Source of the DNA: Candidatus Altimarinota bacterium
GTDB lineage: Bacteria; Patescibacteriota; Gracilibacteria; CAIRYL01
Assembly (NCBI GenBank): GCA_965250085.1
Contig: OZ252287.1
Location: 121,065 to 185,064 of the forward strand
Length of the DNA stretch: 64,000 nucleotides
Reading direction: 5' to 3'
Positions 17,661-28,246 of the stretch are shown here, piece by piece. The stretch's first letter is position 1. Every line of letters starts with the position of its first letter. The notes below the pieces were generated by a model. The model did no database searches. It saw only the letters and a list, made by a program, of their open reading frames with translations, and had not been told where the DNA came from. The position numbers and the translations under genes were made by a program.

Positions 17661-19382
17661 ATGACATCGTCTATAAAGATATTCTTTGGAACAGGAATTT
17701 TTCTTTTGGGTTTTTCTCTTGTATTTGCTGCTGTACAGATCTCGGGGCAATCGCAAATAGAAATTTTTTCAGGGGAATACCTCTCTGAAACATATAGCAT
17801 CGATCCTGGAGCAGGAAATGCCGTGGATACCATTAGTTGGACGGGGTTGGAGCCAGGGCTTTTTGCGATAGAAAGTCAGGATAAAACAGAGATGTCTCTG
17901 CTGGGCTCACCAAAGATTGTTGGAAATCCATCTGTGTTGACTCTGGCGGCTACAAATAGCTTAGGAGAAAATCAGACTTTGGAAATTGCAATGCAAGAAA
18001 GAGCACTGCCTCCTATGTCTTGTGCCGATGTTTTAGCAGGTGATCCCGGGGCAACTGATGGACTCTATACCATACATGCCGATGATGAGGTGACTTCTTT
18101 TGAGGTCTATTGTGACATGACCTCTCCGGGAGGACCGTATACCCATATGGTAGAACACGTTGCTGCCGGATTTGGGCACACCTGTGCTCTCTTGGCAGAC
18201 ACCACGGTCAAATGCTGGGGATACAATAGATATGGGCAACTGGGTGATGGAACGACAACTGACCGCAGTACGCCTGTTGCGGTTTCTGGTCTTAATGATG
18301 TGGTCTCTCTTTCTGCTGGATGGATGCACACATGTGCACTCCTGAGTGATGGCAGTGTGCAGTGCTGGGGATATAATTATTACTATAATCTTGGAGATGG
18401 AACCCTCACGAACCGTACGACCCCTGTAGCAGTACAGAATGTTTCTAATGCTGTGCAAATTTCTAGTGATGGGCATCACTCCTGTACTCTTTTGACAGGT
18501 GGAACTATGAAATGCTGGGGAAGGAATAGTTATGGACAAATAGGAAACAATACTATTGGCACCAGAAGACATGTTACTGTTGTTCTGGGTATAAGTACTG
18601 CCACTTCTATTGGTGTTGGTGTCTACCACAGCTGTGCTGTCCTCAGTGATGGCACCGCTCTGTGCTGGGGGAGGAATAATATCGGACAGATCGGAATAGG
18701 AAGCACCAATAATTATATAAAAACTCCAAGAGCTGTTCTGAATCTTACAAATATCGTCGCGATTGATGGAGGAGAATATCATACCTGCGCTCTGCTCGAT
18801 GACGGTACGGCTCAGTGTTGGGGAAATGGTTATAATGGTCAGTTAGGCGATGGAGCAACTACTTATAGAACTTCTCCGGTAGCGGTTCAAAATTTAAATA
18901 CTATCGATACATTCAGTTTGGGAGCACGCCATTCTTGTGTTGTGCTCGATGATGATACAGCTCAGTGCTGGGGACAGAATATATATGGACAGCTCGGTGA
19001 TGGTACGACGACAAACAGCAGTGTGCCTGTCTCTGTACAAGGTATTTCCAATGCACAAAGTATTGTTGGTGGTTCGTATCATACCTGCTCCGCACTCTCA
19101 AACAAAACTGCCAAATGCTGGGGAAGGGATACCTATGGTCAACTGGGAGGAGGGATTATTACCGGTTTTGAATCCCTGAGTTCTCCCAGCACACTTTCTC
19201 AGGAAACTACTTCTGTTTCCGTTCCGGATGACTTTTCTTTTGACCCCATTGAATACTGCGCCGATATATTGGACAAAGAAAAGAAGCTGGAGAAATGTAT
19301 GGAAAAATGGGAGCAGGAGGTGGACAAATATTCTGGAATCGGTCCTAAAAGCCTGACTCCGCAGAGAGTGGAAGGGTTATAG
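17661..19382 (+). CDS. secreted RCC1-repeat (beta-propeller) protein with Ig-like and fibrinogen-C-like N-terminal segments
   Basis: 573-aa ORF. Signal or TM segment '[20 protein letters not shown]'. At least 7 repeats of the pattern 'HTCALL.DG...[17 protein letters not shown]'. Before the repeats lies '[42 protein letters not shown]', resembling the start of fibrinogen-related domains. Confidence 0.85.
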   Translation: MTSSIKIFFGTGIFLLGFSLVFAAVQISGQSQIEIFSGEYLSETYSIDPGAGNAVDTISWTGLEPGLFAIESQDKTEMSLLGSPKIVGNPSVLTLAATNSLGENQTLEIAMQERALPPMSCADVLAGDPGATDGLYTIHADDEVTSFEVYCDMTSPGGPYTHMVEHVAAGFGHTCALLADTTVKCWGYNRYGQLGDGTTTDRSTPVAVSGLNDVVSLSAGWMHTCALLSDGSVQCWGYNYYYNLGDGTLTNRTTPVAVQNVSNAVQISSDGHHSCTLLTGGTMKCWGRNSYGQIGNNTIGTRRHVTVVLGISTATSIGVGVYHSCAVLSDGTALCWGRNNIGQIGIGSTNNYIKTPRAVLNLTNIVAIDGGEYHTCALLDDGTAQCWGNGYNGQLGDGATTYRTSPVAVQNLNTIDTFSLGARHSCVVLDDDTAQCWGQNIYGQLGDGTTTNSSVPVSVQGISNAQSIVGGSYHTCSALSNKTAKCWGRDTYGQLGGGIITGFESLSSPSTLSQETTSVSVPDDFSFDPIEYCADILDKEKKLEKCMEKWEQEVDKYSGIGPKSLTPQRVEGL

Positions 19383-19408
19383 TTCTTTGATTTTTTCTTT
19401 TTTATATT

Positions 19409-22400
19409 ATGCGAAAATTATTTTCTGTTCTCTGTTGTTTAATATTTCTTTCCGGACAAATCACTTTCCTTCCTCAAGTATCTGCTGAGGAAGTACTCGA
19501 ATCATCGACTTCAATTTTTGCGGAAACAACAGACGATCCCAATACAAAAGGAAAACCTGCTGGAAGTTCTGAAGAGCGTGATGTGATCCTTGATCCGGCA
19601 CTATTAGGATCTCTGGAAAGCAAGGGGCAGGTCACAAAAGAAAAGGGTGAATCAGTGCTGATAGCTCCTTTGGAAGACGCTTTTCAAGAGAATACCGACA
19701 CCTCTTCGCTTTCATCCGAATCCTTGTCGGCAAGTTCTTCCTCTTCTTCATCAGATCCGATGGATGCTGTTTCCAATGCTCCTTTGCCCGATGTAAATAC
19801 TGATCCGCTCAAAAACATTGCAGGTGTGCAGGGAGAATATAGCGTCAGTGAATTTACGGGAGATGTGCAATATTCGTACCCCCTCTTTATGCCTCCTGGC
19901 AGGAATGGTAGCTCTCCTTCTGTTACGCTCAGTTACTCTGCTAGTAATAAAGAGGGCAATTCTGAACTGGGAACGGGATGGAATTTAGATCTTCCCAAAA
20001 TCGAACGGTATTCTCGCACAGGAGTGGAAAATCTGTATGCCAATAATAATTTTCTTTCTCCCTTTGCCGGTGGTAATGGTGAGCTTTCCATTGACTCTAT
20101 TGATGCCAATGGACACGGGACGTATATCCCCAAAATACAAACAGGAGCGGTCTATCATGAATTCAAAGCAGACAACACTTGGGAGATTACTGATGCCGCA
20201 GGGGTGGTGTATCGATTTGGAACGGTATCAGATGCACGAGAACAAAGTGATGATGGCGGTAGAATGTACACCTGGTATCTGACCGAAATAGAAGACACTA
20301 ATGGCAACAAGATGATATATGAATATACCAAGAGCCAGGGGTCTGTATATCTGAAGCGTATACTCTATGGAAATGAAGCCCAGCCCTATGAAGTACGATT
20401 TGAACCCTATTTTTCCGGCACTCTTGAGCAGTTTGATGTACTTCCGTCTTATTCTCGTCTTTTCCCAGTGGTGGAGCAAAAAGACTTATTGGACTCTGTA
20501 GAGGTTTTTGATCCGTTTTCAGGAGACAAGATCGTGTATGAACTTACTTATGATACTCAAGGAACCTTTGGCTCTTCCGAAAGCCTTTCGGGCACTACTG
20601 ACTATCTTATCAGCATCCAGCAAAAAGGAGTGGCGGCTTCTGGTGTGGAAACCAGTTTGCCGCCGACCGAATTTGAATACGAGAGCTATGATGGGTCCCG
20701 ATCATTTGACATTGTCTATCCGGATTTGAGTGATGAAAATGGCTATGACAACACGTATTTCGATGGAACGGAGGACAGCCCCGTTCCCATGTGGATTTTT
20801 GCTGATGAAACCGGAGATGGATGGGAAGACCTGGTCAGCAATGTAGTGCGATATAAGAAAATTAATGGCAGTTATCATCATTTGCCGTATGAACGCTTAT
20901 TTGTTTCACAGGGAAATGGCGAATGGGTGGAAGATCCTGATTTTATGGCTTCGGAATCATACTGGGCATGGGAGTATAGGCCCCATGATATCCGGGATTA
21001 TTTTCCACCCGGATACAGAGACAATAACGGAGATGTGACCGATCATCTCTGTATTCGGAAATATCATGGAAATCTGGGTCAAAAAGATGGTTTGAGTTGC
21101 TATAACGGCGAGCATGGGAATGAGATGAAAGTGTACCCAAGAGATGAAGACTTCCAGTTTTTGGAACTCAACGCAGATGGGCATCCGGATGGATTTAAGT
21201 ATGACCATAAACAAAATTATCACAACAACACCGATAATTCCCTGTATAGAAATACCGGAACGGCGTTTGAACCGGAAACAAGTGCTCAGTGGAATATTCC
21301 GGATGATATCTTTTATGATGAAGGCAGTACACTGTTTGGAGATATCAATGGAGACGGACTGGATGATATGGTGCACTGGTTTCAGAAAGTGGATGAATCT
21401 TCCGTTCTGGTGGAAGAAACCAAGAGAGCCTACCTCAACACCGGAGAAGGTTGGCAAGATATCACTGCAGATATTTCACTGCCTGTTCCTATTCGCCATC
21501 GCAAATGTCAGAACGGAGTCAGTACCTGTGAAGTGATTTCTGTGAAAAAAACCTTTACCTTTCTCGATGCCAACAGAGATGGACTGGTGGATCTCTTTCA
21601 TCAAGGGAAAGTGCACCTGAATAATGGATACGGCTGGGAAAGCACTGTTTCGGAGCTGTACAACAGTTCATATGACTTTGATCCCAGTTTTCCCACGCTG
21701 AGCAGCTTTACAGATCTCAACAAAGACGGTGCTTTTGAACGCAAAAAGCCGGTTGGAAAAACATTTGCCAACAATAATGAGATCGTAGATCTTCCCGTGC
21801 TCACAAATGTTACAAGCCCTCAAGGAGGATTTGCCGAATTTGAATACACTCCTGCCTCGAGTTACACCAATGCCGATGGCAGTGCGGCGAATATTGAGCT
21901 CCCTATACCTCGTCTGACGTTATCTAAGCTTACAACCGATGACGGAATGGGAAATACAAGTGAAACCAATTATGAATATGCCGGTGGAAAGATGTATCGC
22001 AATCATGTTTCTGAGCAAGAGCTTTTGGGATTTCATATGGTCACCAAAGCATTGCCGGATAATTCAAAAATTATTACAGAATATGAGCAAGGGAGTGCCT
22101 CACAAAACTTTGCTGGGAAAGGGTCTCTTACAAATCAGAAAATATACACTTCTTCTGGAGATCTTTTGCAGGAAACACAGAATTTTTATGACATTGAACC
22201 CCGCGGAACCAATAGTTACGAATCCCTCCTGGAAACAAGTATCAATCTGACATATTCAGAACACAATCCTTCAAATTATAAAGCCACAGCCTCAGAATAC
22301 ACCTATGACCAGTATGGAAATATCATTCAGGCCATTGACTATGGAGAGGTGAATGTAGTGGACACAGCAGGCAACTTCACCGATATTGGCTCCGATACTC

Positions 22401-25400
22401 TCACCAGCAATATTGAATATGCAGAGAATGCGGCAGATCATATTCTCTCTCTTCCTCAGAGACAGGAACTCCTGGATAATTCCGGAACGGTTATTGGTGA
22501 AAGCAAAATCTATTATGACAATCTGCCACTGGGTCAAGTGAGCATCGGCAATCGCACCAAGACGGAAACACTCGCTTGTACTGGTCAGGCATGCCTGACC
22601 CCTACGGTGACAACTCTTACAGAGTACAACTCCTACGGTCTGCCGACAAAGGTGACCAATCCTCGAGGGTATGACACCAATATCACGTATGATTCTCAGA
22701 ATCTCTTCCCAGAGACAATTACGAATGCCAAATTACAAATTACAAATTACGAATACGATTATCTGTTTGGAATACCCGTGGAAGTGACCGATCCAAATGG
22801 AGCGAAGTCAATTACCGTGCTGGATTCTCTCGGACGAGTCACAGAAATCAAAGTCACTGATCCGAATAATACTGATACAGAAATCATCGCGAGCACCATT
22901 AACTACGACACTACATCAGTACCGAATAGTGTCACGACGACGACATACACCCACACTCCTCCCCTCTTTCGCAAAGAGGGGCTGGGGGAGATTTCTGTAG
23001 AGGGAGTTATGTATCTCGATGGATTTGGAAGACTTATTCAATCGCGGACTGAAGCAGAAGGGAGTGCACAGTATACAGTGCACAGTATACAGTATGATGA
23101 TCGGGGGAATATGGACAAACAAACTCTTCCTGTCTTCCAGAGTGGAATCTCATATACAGCTTCATCAGGATCTGAAGTAGGGAGTACGTATACGTATGAT
23201 GCTCTGAGCAGAGTGCTGAGTGAAATAACTCCAGTGGGAACGACTTCTACTGCGTATGATCAGTGGTCACAAACGGTGACTGATGCCAATGGACATCCAA
23301 AGGACTTTACTTCTGACGCTCGAGGAAATCTGACTGAGGTGACCGAACACTTGGACGGAACTCCATATGACACGAACTATGCCTATGATCAGCTGAACAA
23401 TCTCATCACAATCACAGATGCCAAGGGAAACATCAGAAACTTCACATATGACCTCCTGGGAAGACGTATCAGCATGGAAGATTTGCATACAGCAAACGAT
23501 GCAACTTTCGGACTGTGGACTTTTGACTATGATGACAACAGCAATCTCATCACTCAAACCGATCCAAAGGATCAGGAAATTTCTTACACCTATGATGAAC
23601 TCGATAGAGTCCTCACCGAATCAGCAAAAATTCCTCCGTCTTCCGTCTTCGAACTGCACACTTCATACGCCTATGACACCGGAACGTATGGCATTGGACG
23701 CCTTTCATCAATAGTGAGTCCCGCTGTGACCAAGAACTACACGTATGACATCCTCGGTAGAGTTATAAATGAACAAAAAAAGATTCTCGTACGGATTGAT
23801 GGCAATCAATCCCTACAAACTTTCGACTCGTACTTCACGTACGATCTCGCCGGCAATCAGCTCAGTATCACCTATCCTGGTTCGACAGGCTCACCACAAG
23901 CGAACATGCTCGTGGAATACACCTACAACAACGCTGGCCTTCTGGAAGCTGTACAAAAGGATGGAGCAGACATCGTCACTAATCTCGACTACATCCCTGT
24001 GGGGCTGGTCGAGAAAATTGATTACGCCAATGGCGTCAGCACCACCAATACGTATGACATTGGCCAAATCTATCGATTGACCAATAAATCCACCCTCCTT
24101 CACCAAGGTTCCGGCGGGCAGGCCGTACATCAGGATATCAGCTACACTTTTGATCCTGTGGGAAACATCACCCAGATCACAGACACCTCAGAGACCAACG
24201 CTGCCAAGACTTCTACATTTACCTATGATGATCTGGACAGGCTTCTTTCTGCAACCGTGAGCAATGCGGCCAATGGCGATAATTATGCGCGCAACTATAC
24301 CTATGATATCATTGGCAACATGCTGAGCCATTCAGAAGCCGGCAGTTATGAATACGCTGGAGGCGACTCTGGGACCAGCTCAGGAGCAAACTCCAATCCT
24401 CATGCCGTGACCGATGTGGCAGGAGTGGCGTATAGCTATGATGATAATGGTAATCTCATATCAAATAACACTTGGACCCATGGTTGGGATTATAAAGATC
24501 GCTTGCTGAGCTCTACAGATGGAACAGCTACGGTGAACTATACCTATGATGAAGGGGGAGCGAGGGTGAAGAAGGTGAATGCGACCAGTGGCAAAGAGAC
24601 GGTGTATGTGAATGAATTTGTGGATATCGAGGATTCTGCTGTGAAGAATCATATCTACGCCGGAGGGATGAAAGTGGCCACCTATTCTGCTGGAATTGCC
24701 AGTGGCAGTGGGAGTACGTGTACGGTAGATCTGAGTACATGTACAGGGGAAGGAGCAAGATCGCCGTTATGGGAGAATGAGACTTCTCTCAATGGAGCTA
24801 TAACTGAAGCGCATTATTTAGAAACATATGGACAGATGTGTGTGGTGATCTTGTCTGGTGGAGAACAGGTGGCATGGCCTGTAGCTCAGGAAGCAAGCTG
24901 GTGGTGTGGTGAAGTGAGTATCCCTGTCTATGAGAGTGATATAGTCTATCACCATGAAGATCACTTAACGGGATCAAATGTAGACACCGATGACACAGGA
25001 AACCTCATTCAGCTATTAGACTACTACCCCTATGGAGATACTAGACTCGATGAACAGTCATCATCGTACGCAAATGACTATAAGTTTACAGGGAAGGAGA
25101 AGGATGAGGATACAGGACTCTATTATTATGAGGCGAGGTATTATGATAGTGGGATTGGGAGGTTTATATCACTCGATCCCTGGTTTGGAGATATTTATGA
25201 CCCGCAGAGTTTGAATAAGTATGCGTATGTGAGGAATAATCCATTGAAGTATGTGGATGAGACGGGGGAGGTCTATCAAAAAATAGTAGACTGGGCTCTA
25301 AAGTGGGCTGCAAAAAAAACACTTCGAAAGGAAATTGAAGAAATGATCTTTCCTGAGCAAACGGCAGGAGAACCTGATCCTCGTATTCCTGAATCATCTT

Positions 25401-25762
25401 ATTCTCAGGTTCAAACTATATTTAACTCAAATGGATTACAGGCAAACTCCGTTCGAAGATTTTATGATGATGTTATTATCTCAGGGATCAGTGAAAACAA
25501 TCAAAATTTCACAGTAAATGTTGGTCCAGAATCTATAAGCTTATATATATCCTTCGAAGACTCTACAATTAGCTCTGCGGTAACCATTGACCTTACGAGC
25601 TCATTCCCTACAAGTGTAATGGAGAAAATTGATGATGAGGGATCAGTTGCTAGACTGGAATTAGTTGTTCGTAGTAAACTTGAGAATCATTATAAAAGTA
25701 TTAAGCCAAAAGAAGATGGAAAAGATGAAGAAAGTGAAACTGACAATGATTCAGGGGATTAA
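19409..25762 (+). CDS. Rhs/YD-repeat polymorphic toxin: signal peptide, SpvB-like, FG-GAP/VCBS-like, RHS cocoon, Rhs core, variable C-terminal toxin domain
   Basis: 2117-aa ORF. Signal peptide 'MRKLFSVLCCLIFLSGQITFLPQVSAEE'. SpvB-like 'GDVQYSYPLFMPPGRNGSSPSVTLSYSA...GTGWNLDLPKIER'. FG-GAP-like 'GDINGDGLDDMV','LDANRDGLVDLF'. Many YD repeats ('YTYDALSRV','YAYDQLNNLITITDAKGN','YTYDELDRV', and others). Core 'YHHEDHLTGSN...LYYYEARYYDSGIGRF...YAYVRNNPLKYVDETGE' ends at 25270, followed by 163 unrelated residues. Confidence 0.95.
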   Translation: MRKLFSVLCCLIFLSGQITFLPQVSAEEVLESSTSIFAETTDDPNTKGKPAGSSEERDVILDPALLGSLESKGQVTKEKGESVLIAPLEDAFQENTDTSSLSSESLSASSSSSSSDPMDAVSNAPLPDVNTDPLKNIAGVQGEYSVSEFTGDVQYSYPLFMPPGRNGSSPSVTLSYSASNKEGNSELGTGWNLDLPKIERYSRTGVENLYANNNFLSPFAGGNGELSIDSIDANGHGTYIPKIQTGAVYHEFKADNTWEITDAAGVVYRFGTVSDAREQSDDGGRMYTWYLTEIEDTNGNKMIYEYTKSQGSVYLKRILYGNEAQPYEVRFEPYFSGTLEQFDVLPSYSRLFPVVEQKDLLDSVEVFDPFSGDKIVYELTYDTQGTFGSSESLSGTTDYLISIQQKGVAASGVETSLPPTEFEYESYDGSRSFDIVYPDLSDENGYDNTYFDGTEDSPVPMWIFADETGDGWEDLVSNVVRYKKINGSYHHLPYERLFVSQGNGEWVEDPDFMASESYWAWEYRPHDIRDYFPPGYRDNNGDVTDHLCIRKYHGNLGQKDGLSCYNGEHGNEMKVYPRDEDFQFLELNADGHPDGFKYDHKQNYHNNTDNSLYRNTGTAFEPETSAQWNIPDDIFYDEGSTLFGDINGDGLDDMVHWFQKVDESSVLVEETKRAYLNTGEGWQDITADISLPVPIRHRKCQNGVSTCEVISVKKTFTFLDANRDGLVDLFHQGKVHLNNGYGWESTVSELYNSSYDFDPSFPTLSSFTDLNKDGAFERKKPVGKTFANNNEIVDLPVLTNVTSPQGGFAEFEYTPASSYTNADGSAANIELPIPRLTLSKLTTDDGMGNTSETNYEYAGGKMYRNHVSEQELLGFHMVTKALPDNSKIITEYEQGSASQNFAGKGSLTNQKIYTSSGDLLQETQNFYDIEPRGTNSYESLLETSINLTYSEHNPSNYKATASEYTYDQYGNIIQAIDYGEVNVVDTAGNFTDIGSDTLTSNIEYAENAADHILSLPQRQELLDNSGTVIGESKIYYDNLPLGQVSIGNRTKTETLACTGQACLTPTVTTLTEYNSYGLPTKVTNPRGYDTNITYDSQNLFPETITNAKLQITNYEYDYLFGIPVEVTDPNGAKSITVLDSLGRVTEIKVTDPNNTDTEIIASTINYDTTSVPNSVTTTTYTHTPPLFRKEGLGEISVEGVMYLDGFGRLIQSRTEAEGSAQYTVHSIQYDDRGNMDKQTLPVFQSGISYTASSGSEVGSTYTYDALSRVLSEITPVGTTSTAYDQWSQTVTDANGHPKDFTSDARGNLTEVTEHLDGTPYDTNYAYDQLNNLITITDAKGNIRNFTYDLLGRRISMEDLHTANDATFGLWTFDYDDNSNLITQTDPKDQEISYTYDELDRVLTESAKIPPSSVFELHTSYAYDTGTYGIGRLSSIVSPAVTKNYTYDILGRVINEQKKILVRIDGNQSLQTFDSYFTYDLAGNQLSITYPGSTGSPQANMLVEYTYNNAGLLEAVQKDGADIVTNLDYIPVGLVEKIDYANGVSTTNTYDIGQIYRLTNKSTLLHQGSGGQAVHQDISYTFDPVGNITQITDTSETNAAKTSTFTYDDLDRLLSATVSNAANGDNYARNYTYDIIGNMLSHSEAGSYEYAGGDSGTSSGANSNPHAVTDVAGVAYSYDDNGNLISNNTWTHGWDYKDRLLSSTDGTATVNYTYDEGGARVKKVNATSGKETVYVNEFVDIEDSAVKNHIYAGGMKVATYSAGIASGSGSTCTVDLSTCTGEGARSPLWENETSLNGAITEAHYLETYGQMCVVILSGGEQVAWPVAQEASWWCGEVSIPVYESDIVYHHEDHLTGSNVDTDDTGNLIQLLDYYPYGDTRLDEQSSSYANDYKFTGKEKDEDTGLYYYEARYYDSGIGRFISLDPWFGDIYDPQSLNKYAYVRNNPLKYVDETGEVYQKIVDWALKWAAKKTLRKEIEEMIFPEQTAGEPDPRIPESSYSQVQTIFNSNGLQANSVRRFYDDVIISGISENNQNFTVNVGPESISLYISFEDSTISSAVTIDLTSSFPTSVMEKIDDEGSVARLELVVRSKLENHYKSIKPKEDGKDEESETDNDSGD

Positions 25763-25780
25763 TTTACTACCCTTTTTTTT

Positions 25781-26428
25781 ATGGTGAAAAAAATATTTTC
25801 AAAACTTCCAATTCCAATAATATGGACCATTAATATTTTGCTGTTCCCTTTTTATTATTTGGTTGTCGCTTTCATTTTTGGAATTATTGACGGATATTTT
25901 TTTAATGGCAGTATTTTTACGGAAGAAAGAGAATCAGTTTGGGATTTATTAACATATATACTTTTTGGAATAGTTGGACTATTAAGTTATTTGTTTCATA
26001 GGTCTCTTTATTTTAAAATAAATTCTGAACAACGAAAAATATTTCAAGGGTTTCTAGTAGTGATAGGATACGTGCTTCTAATAGATTTTATATCCGTTTT
26101 TGGCTATACGATTTATGAACTTATTTTTATAGACTCTTTTTTAGTAGTATTAATTGACTTAACGCTTTCTGTTTTTTTATTCTCTGTCCTTTATCTCTTT
26201 TTTAAGAGGAAAAAAAATTACCGAATTATTCTTGTTATCTACTTGTGCATAGGTATTTTTGCGCCTTTCTTGCATGATTCCCTTTATGATTATTTAGAAA
26301 TTGAAAAACCTTTCAGGTTTTTTGAAATAAGTGTTGAGTCTTTTTTATGGATTATTTACAGAATTGTGGCAATTATTTATCTCAAAAAAACTCCCTCCCC
26401 GATAGAGCCTGTTTGTCGTAGACCATGA
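25781..26428 (+). CDS. polytopic membrane protein (immunity candidate for the Rhs C-terminal toxin)
   Basis: 215-aa ORF 18 bp after the rhs stop. At least 5 hydrophobic segments. No recognisable motif. The immunity role is inferred from position only. Confidence 0.6.
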   Translation: MVKKIFSKLPIPIIWTINILLFPFYYLVVAFIFGIIDGYFFNGSIFTEERESVWDLLTYILFGIVGLLSYLFHRSLYFKINSEQRKIFQGFLVVIGYVLLIDFISVFGYTIYELIFIDSFLVVLIDLTLSVFLFSVLYLFFKRKKNYRIILVIYLCIGIFAPFLHDSLYDYLEIEKPFRFFEISVESFLWIIYRIVAIIYLKKTPSPIEPVCRRP

Positions 26429-26794
26429 GTATCAAATAGTAGTGATGCGTGCAATAATGTTTCCCCTGCCCCCCCCGCTTCCGCGGGAGCAAGTGTCTCG
26501 CAGAGCACCTGGTCCAAAGCAATTCATAAGCTACCAATTGGACTGACATACTTCAAAAACATCTCTTTCTCATCTTTCTGGTGCCGTCATCGTTGGCTGA
26601 AGTCTTCCACCACGGCGGACAGGTTTGGACTCGAACGCTAACAAATAATTTAACAATGCTGCCAAAGCAAAAGCAATAAAAAGAGTGAGTAAGTACAAAG
26701 TATGGCAAGATGGAAATAGACCAAAGGGATAAAAGGGGTCGGCCACCTTTAATCGGAGGAAAGATATATCACCATCATAAATCAGGTTTATATA

Positions 26795-27865
26795 GTGCCC
26801 ATGCCAAAAAACAATATATCCAAAACCTCATCAACTTTTATTGCTCATTCTCAACGTGGTAACACATTGATACACGATGTACTGGAGTATCACCATGAGG
26901 ATCACCTCACAGATTCGGCAAGCTCACTGCGGGCGGATTTTAATGTAGATACGGATGATATGGGCAATGTTCTTGTGGTACTGGACTACTATCCCTATGG
27001 GGACGTGAGGTTGGATGAACAGAGTAGTTCATATGAGAATGACTATAAGTTTACGGGGAAAGAGAAGGATGAGGATACGGGTTTGTATTATTATGAAGCG
27101 AGGTATTATGATTCTGGGATTGGGAGGTTTACTGCTATTGACCCGATGGCAAAACTTTCTCCAGAAACTTTCCTGAAGGATCCTCAGCAATTAAATTCGT
27201 ACACTTATGTCCGTAATAATCCCTTGGGTGCAATTGATCCTGATGGGCTTCTCACTATCTTTATTCATGGAACTGTTTTGCCAGGAAAAAATACAAATCC
27301 ATTTTCTGAGGGTTATATGAAACAAGTTGCTACGGATCTTGGAGATAATAGCTATACAAATTTCTCTTGGTCAGGAACGAGTAGTGAAAAGGCAAGAACA
27401 GAGGCCGCAAGAAACCTGGAGTCTTTGGTTAGAAACTACGAATTTTCTGAGGGGGAACAGTTAAATATCGTGGGGCATAGCCACGGTGGGAATGTTTCCA
27501 TTGAAGCCATAAACACGAATAGAATGCTTCGCAATGTAGACAACCTTGTTCTTCTGGGTGCCCCAAATAGAGATGATTATACTTTAGATAATGATAATGT
27601 TGGGGCTGTGTACAATGTCTATTCATTGGAAGACAATATACAAAATAACTGGGGCGGAGAATTTACTACTAATCCCGCAGAGTCTACCTATGCTAATCAT
27701 CCGTGGAGAGCTGGCGAAAACGTGAAGAATCTTCGCTTTAGAGACATGAATAAGGGTCCAATTGAAACTCACTCATGGCTAAGAACACAGGAAGCTTGGA
27801 GTTATATTCGTAAATTTATAGAAGACAAAGATGAGGAAAGTTCGGATGACAAAGATGCAAGTTAA
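26795..27865 (+). CDS. orphan Rhs-core fragment fused to an alpha/beta-hydrolase (lipase/esterase-like) toxin domain
   Basis: 356-aa ORF lacking a signal peptide and the YD shell. It begins mid-core at 'YHHEDHLT...YYYEARYYDSGIGRF...VRNNPLGAIDPDGL' (26888-27250). Then 'LTIFIHGT' (HG oxyanion-type motif) and 'NIVGHSHGGNV' (GxSxG nucleophile elbow). Confidence 0.75.
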   Translation: MPMPKNNISKTSSTFIAHSQRGNTLIHDVLEYHHEDHLTDSASSLRADFNVDTDDMGNVLVVLDYYPYGDVRLDEQSSSYENDYKFTGKEKDEDTGLYYYEARYYDSGIGRFTAIDPMAKLSPETFLKDPQQLNSYTYVRNNPLGAIDPDGLLTIFIHGTVLPGKNTNPFSEGYMKQVATDLGDNSYTNFSWSGTSSEKARTEAARNLESLVRNYEFSEGEQLNIVGHSHGGNVSIEAINTNRMLRNVDNLVLLGAPNRDDYTLDNDNVGAVYNVYSLEDNIQNNWGGEFTTNPAESTYANHPWRAGENVKNLRFRDMNKGPIETHSWLRTQEAWSYIRKFIEDKDEESSDDKDAS

Positions 27866-27879
27866 TCTAATTTTTTACT

Positions 27880-28215
27880 ATGTCATTATTTTTTACACTG
27901 CCTTACTGTTTCGCGATTGTATCGCTCCATATAATTTCATTTTTTTTTGATTTATATGATACGGCCTGGGCATTTATTCCATTTTTTGTAATTTTCTTTT
28001 CCACATTATTTTTTATCTTGAGCTCATTTCTTGTTGTTAAACTGGTTTGTAATAAAAAAACAGAAAATAATTGGTACATCAAGTATTTAAAAGATCATAA
28101 ACTACAATTCACCATTATTACGATTGTTCTCACAATTCCTGTTTATTGTATCTTCAATGTAATAGCTTATTATTTGCTTTCTTTTTGGGGGGTCGATAGC
28201 AATTTTTGGTTTTGA
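27880..28215 (+). CDS. small 3-TM membrane protein (immunity candidate for the lipase-like toxin)
   Basis: 111-aa ORF 14 bp after the orphan toxin stop, with three long hydrophobic stretches. Role inferred from position. Confidence 0.55.
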   Translation: MSLFFTLPYCFAIVSLHIISFFFDLYDTAWAFIPFFVIFFSTLFFILSSFLVVKLVCNKKTENNWYIKYLKDHKLQFTIITIVLTIPVYCIFNVIAYYLLSFWGVDSNFWF

Positions 28216-28246
28216 TTTAAGTCCTATGATATTATAAGTCCACGCG

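Noticed and set aside
18033-25397. Numerous antisense or off-frame ORFs of 60-250 aa inside the RCC1 and rhs genes (for example 18033-18782 minus, 20957-21457 minus).
   Set aside because: They lie wholly within strongly supported coding regions whose repeats suppress stop codons on other frames, and their translations are low-complexity.
26525-26645. tRNA-like fragments (CCAATTGG D-loop-like and GACTCGAAC T-loop-like strings) in the GC-richer spacer after the first immunity-like gene.
   Set aside because: The pieces are in the wrong order and spacing for a tRNA on either strand, and the flanking stems do not pair. At most this is degraded debris.
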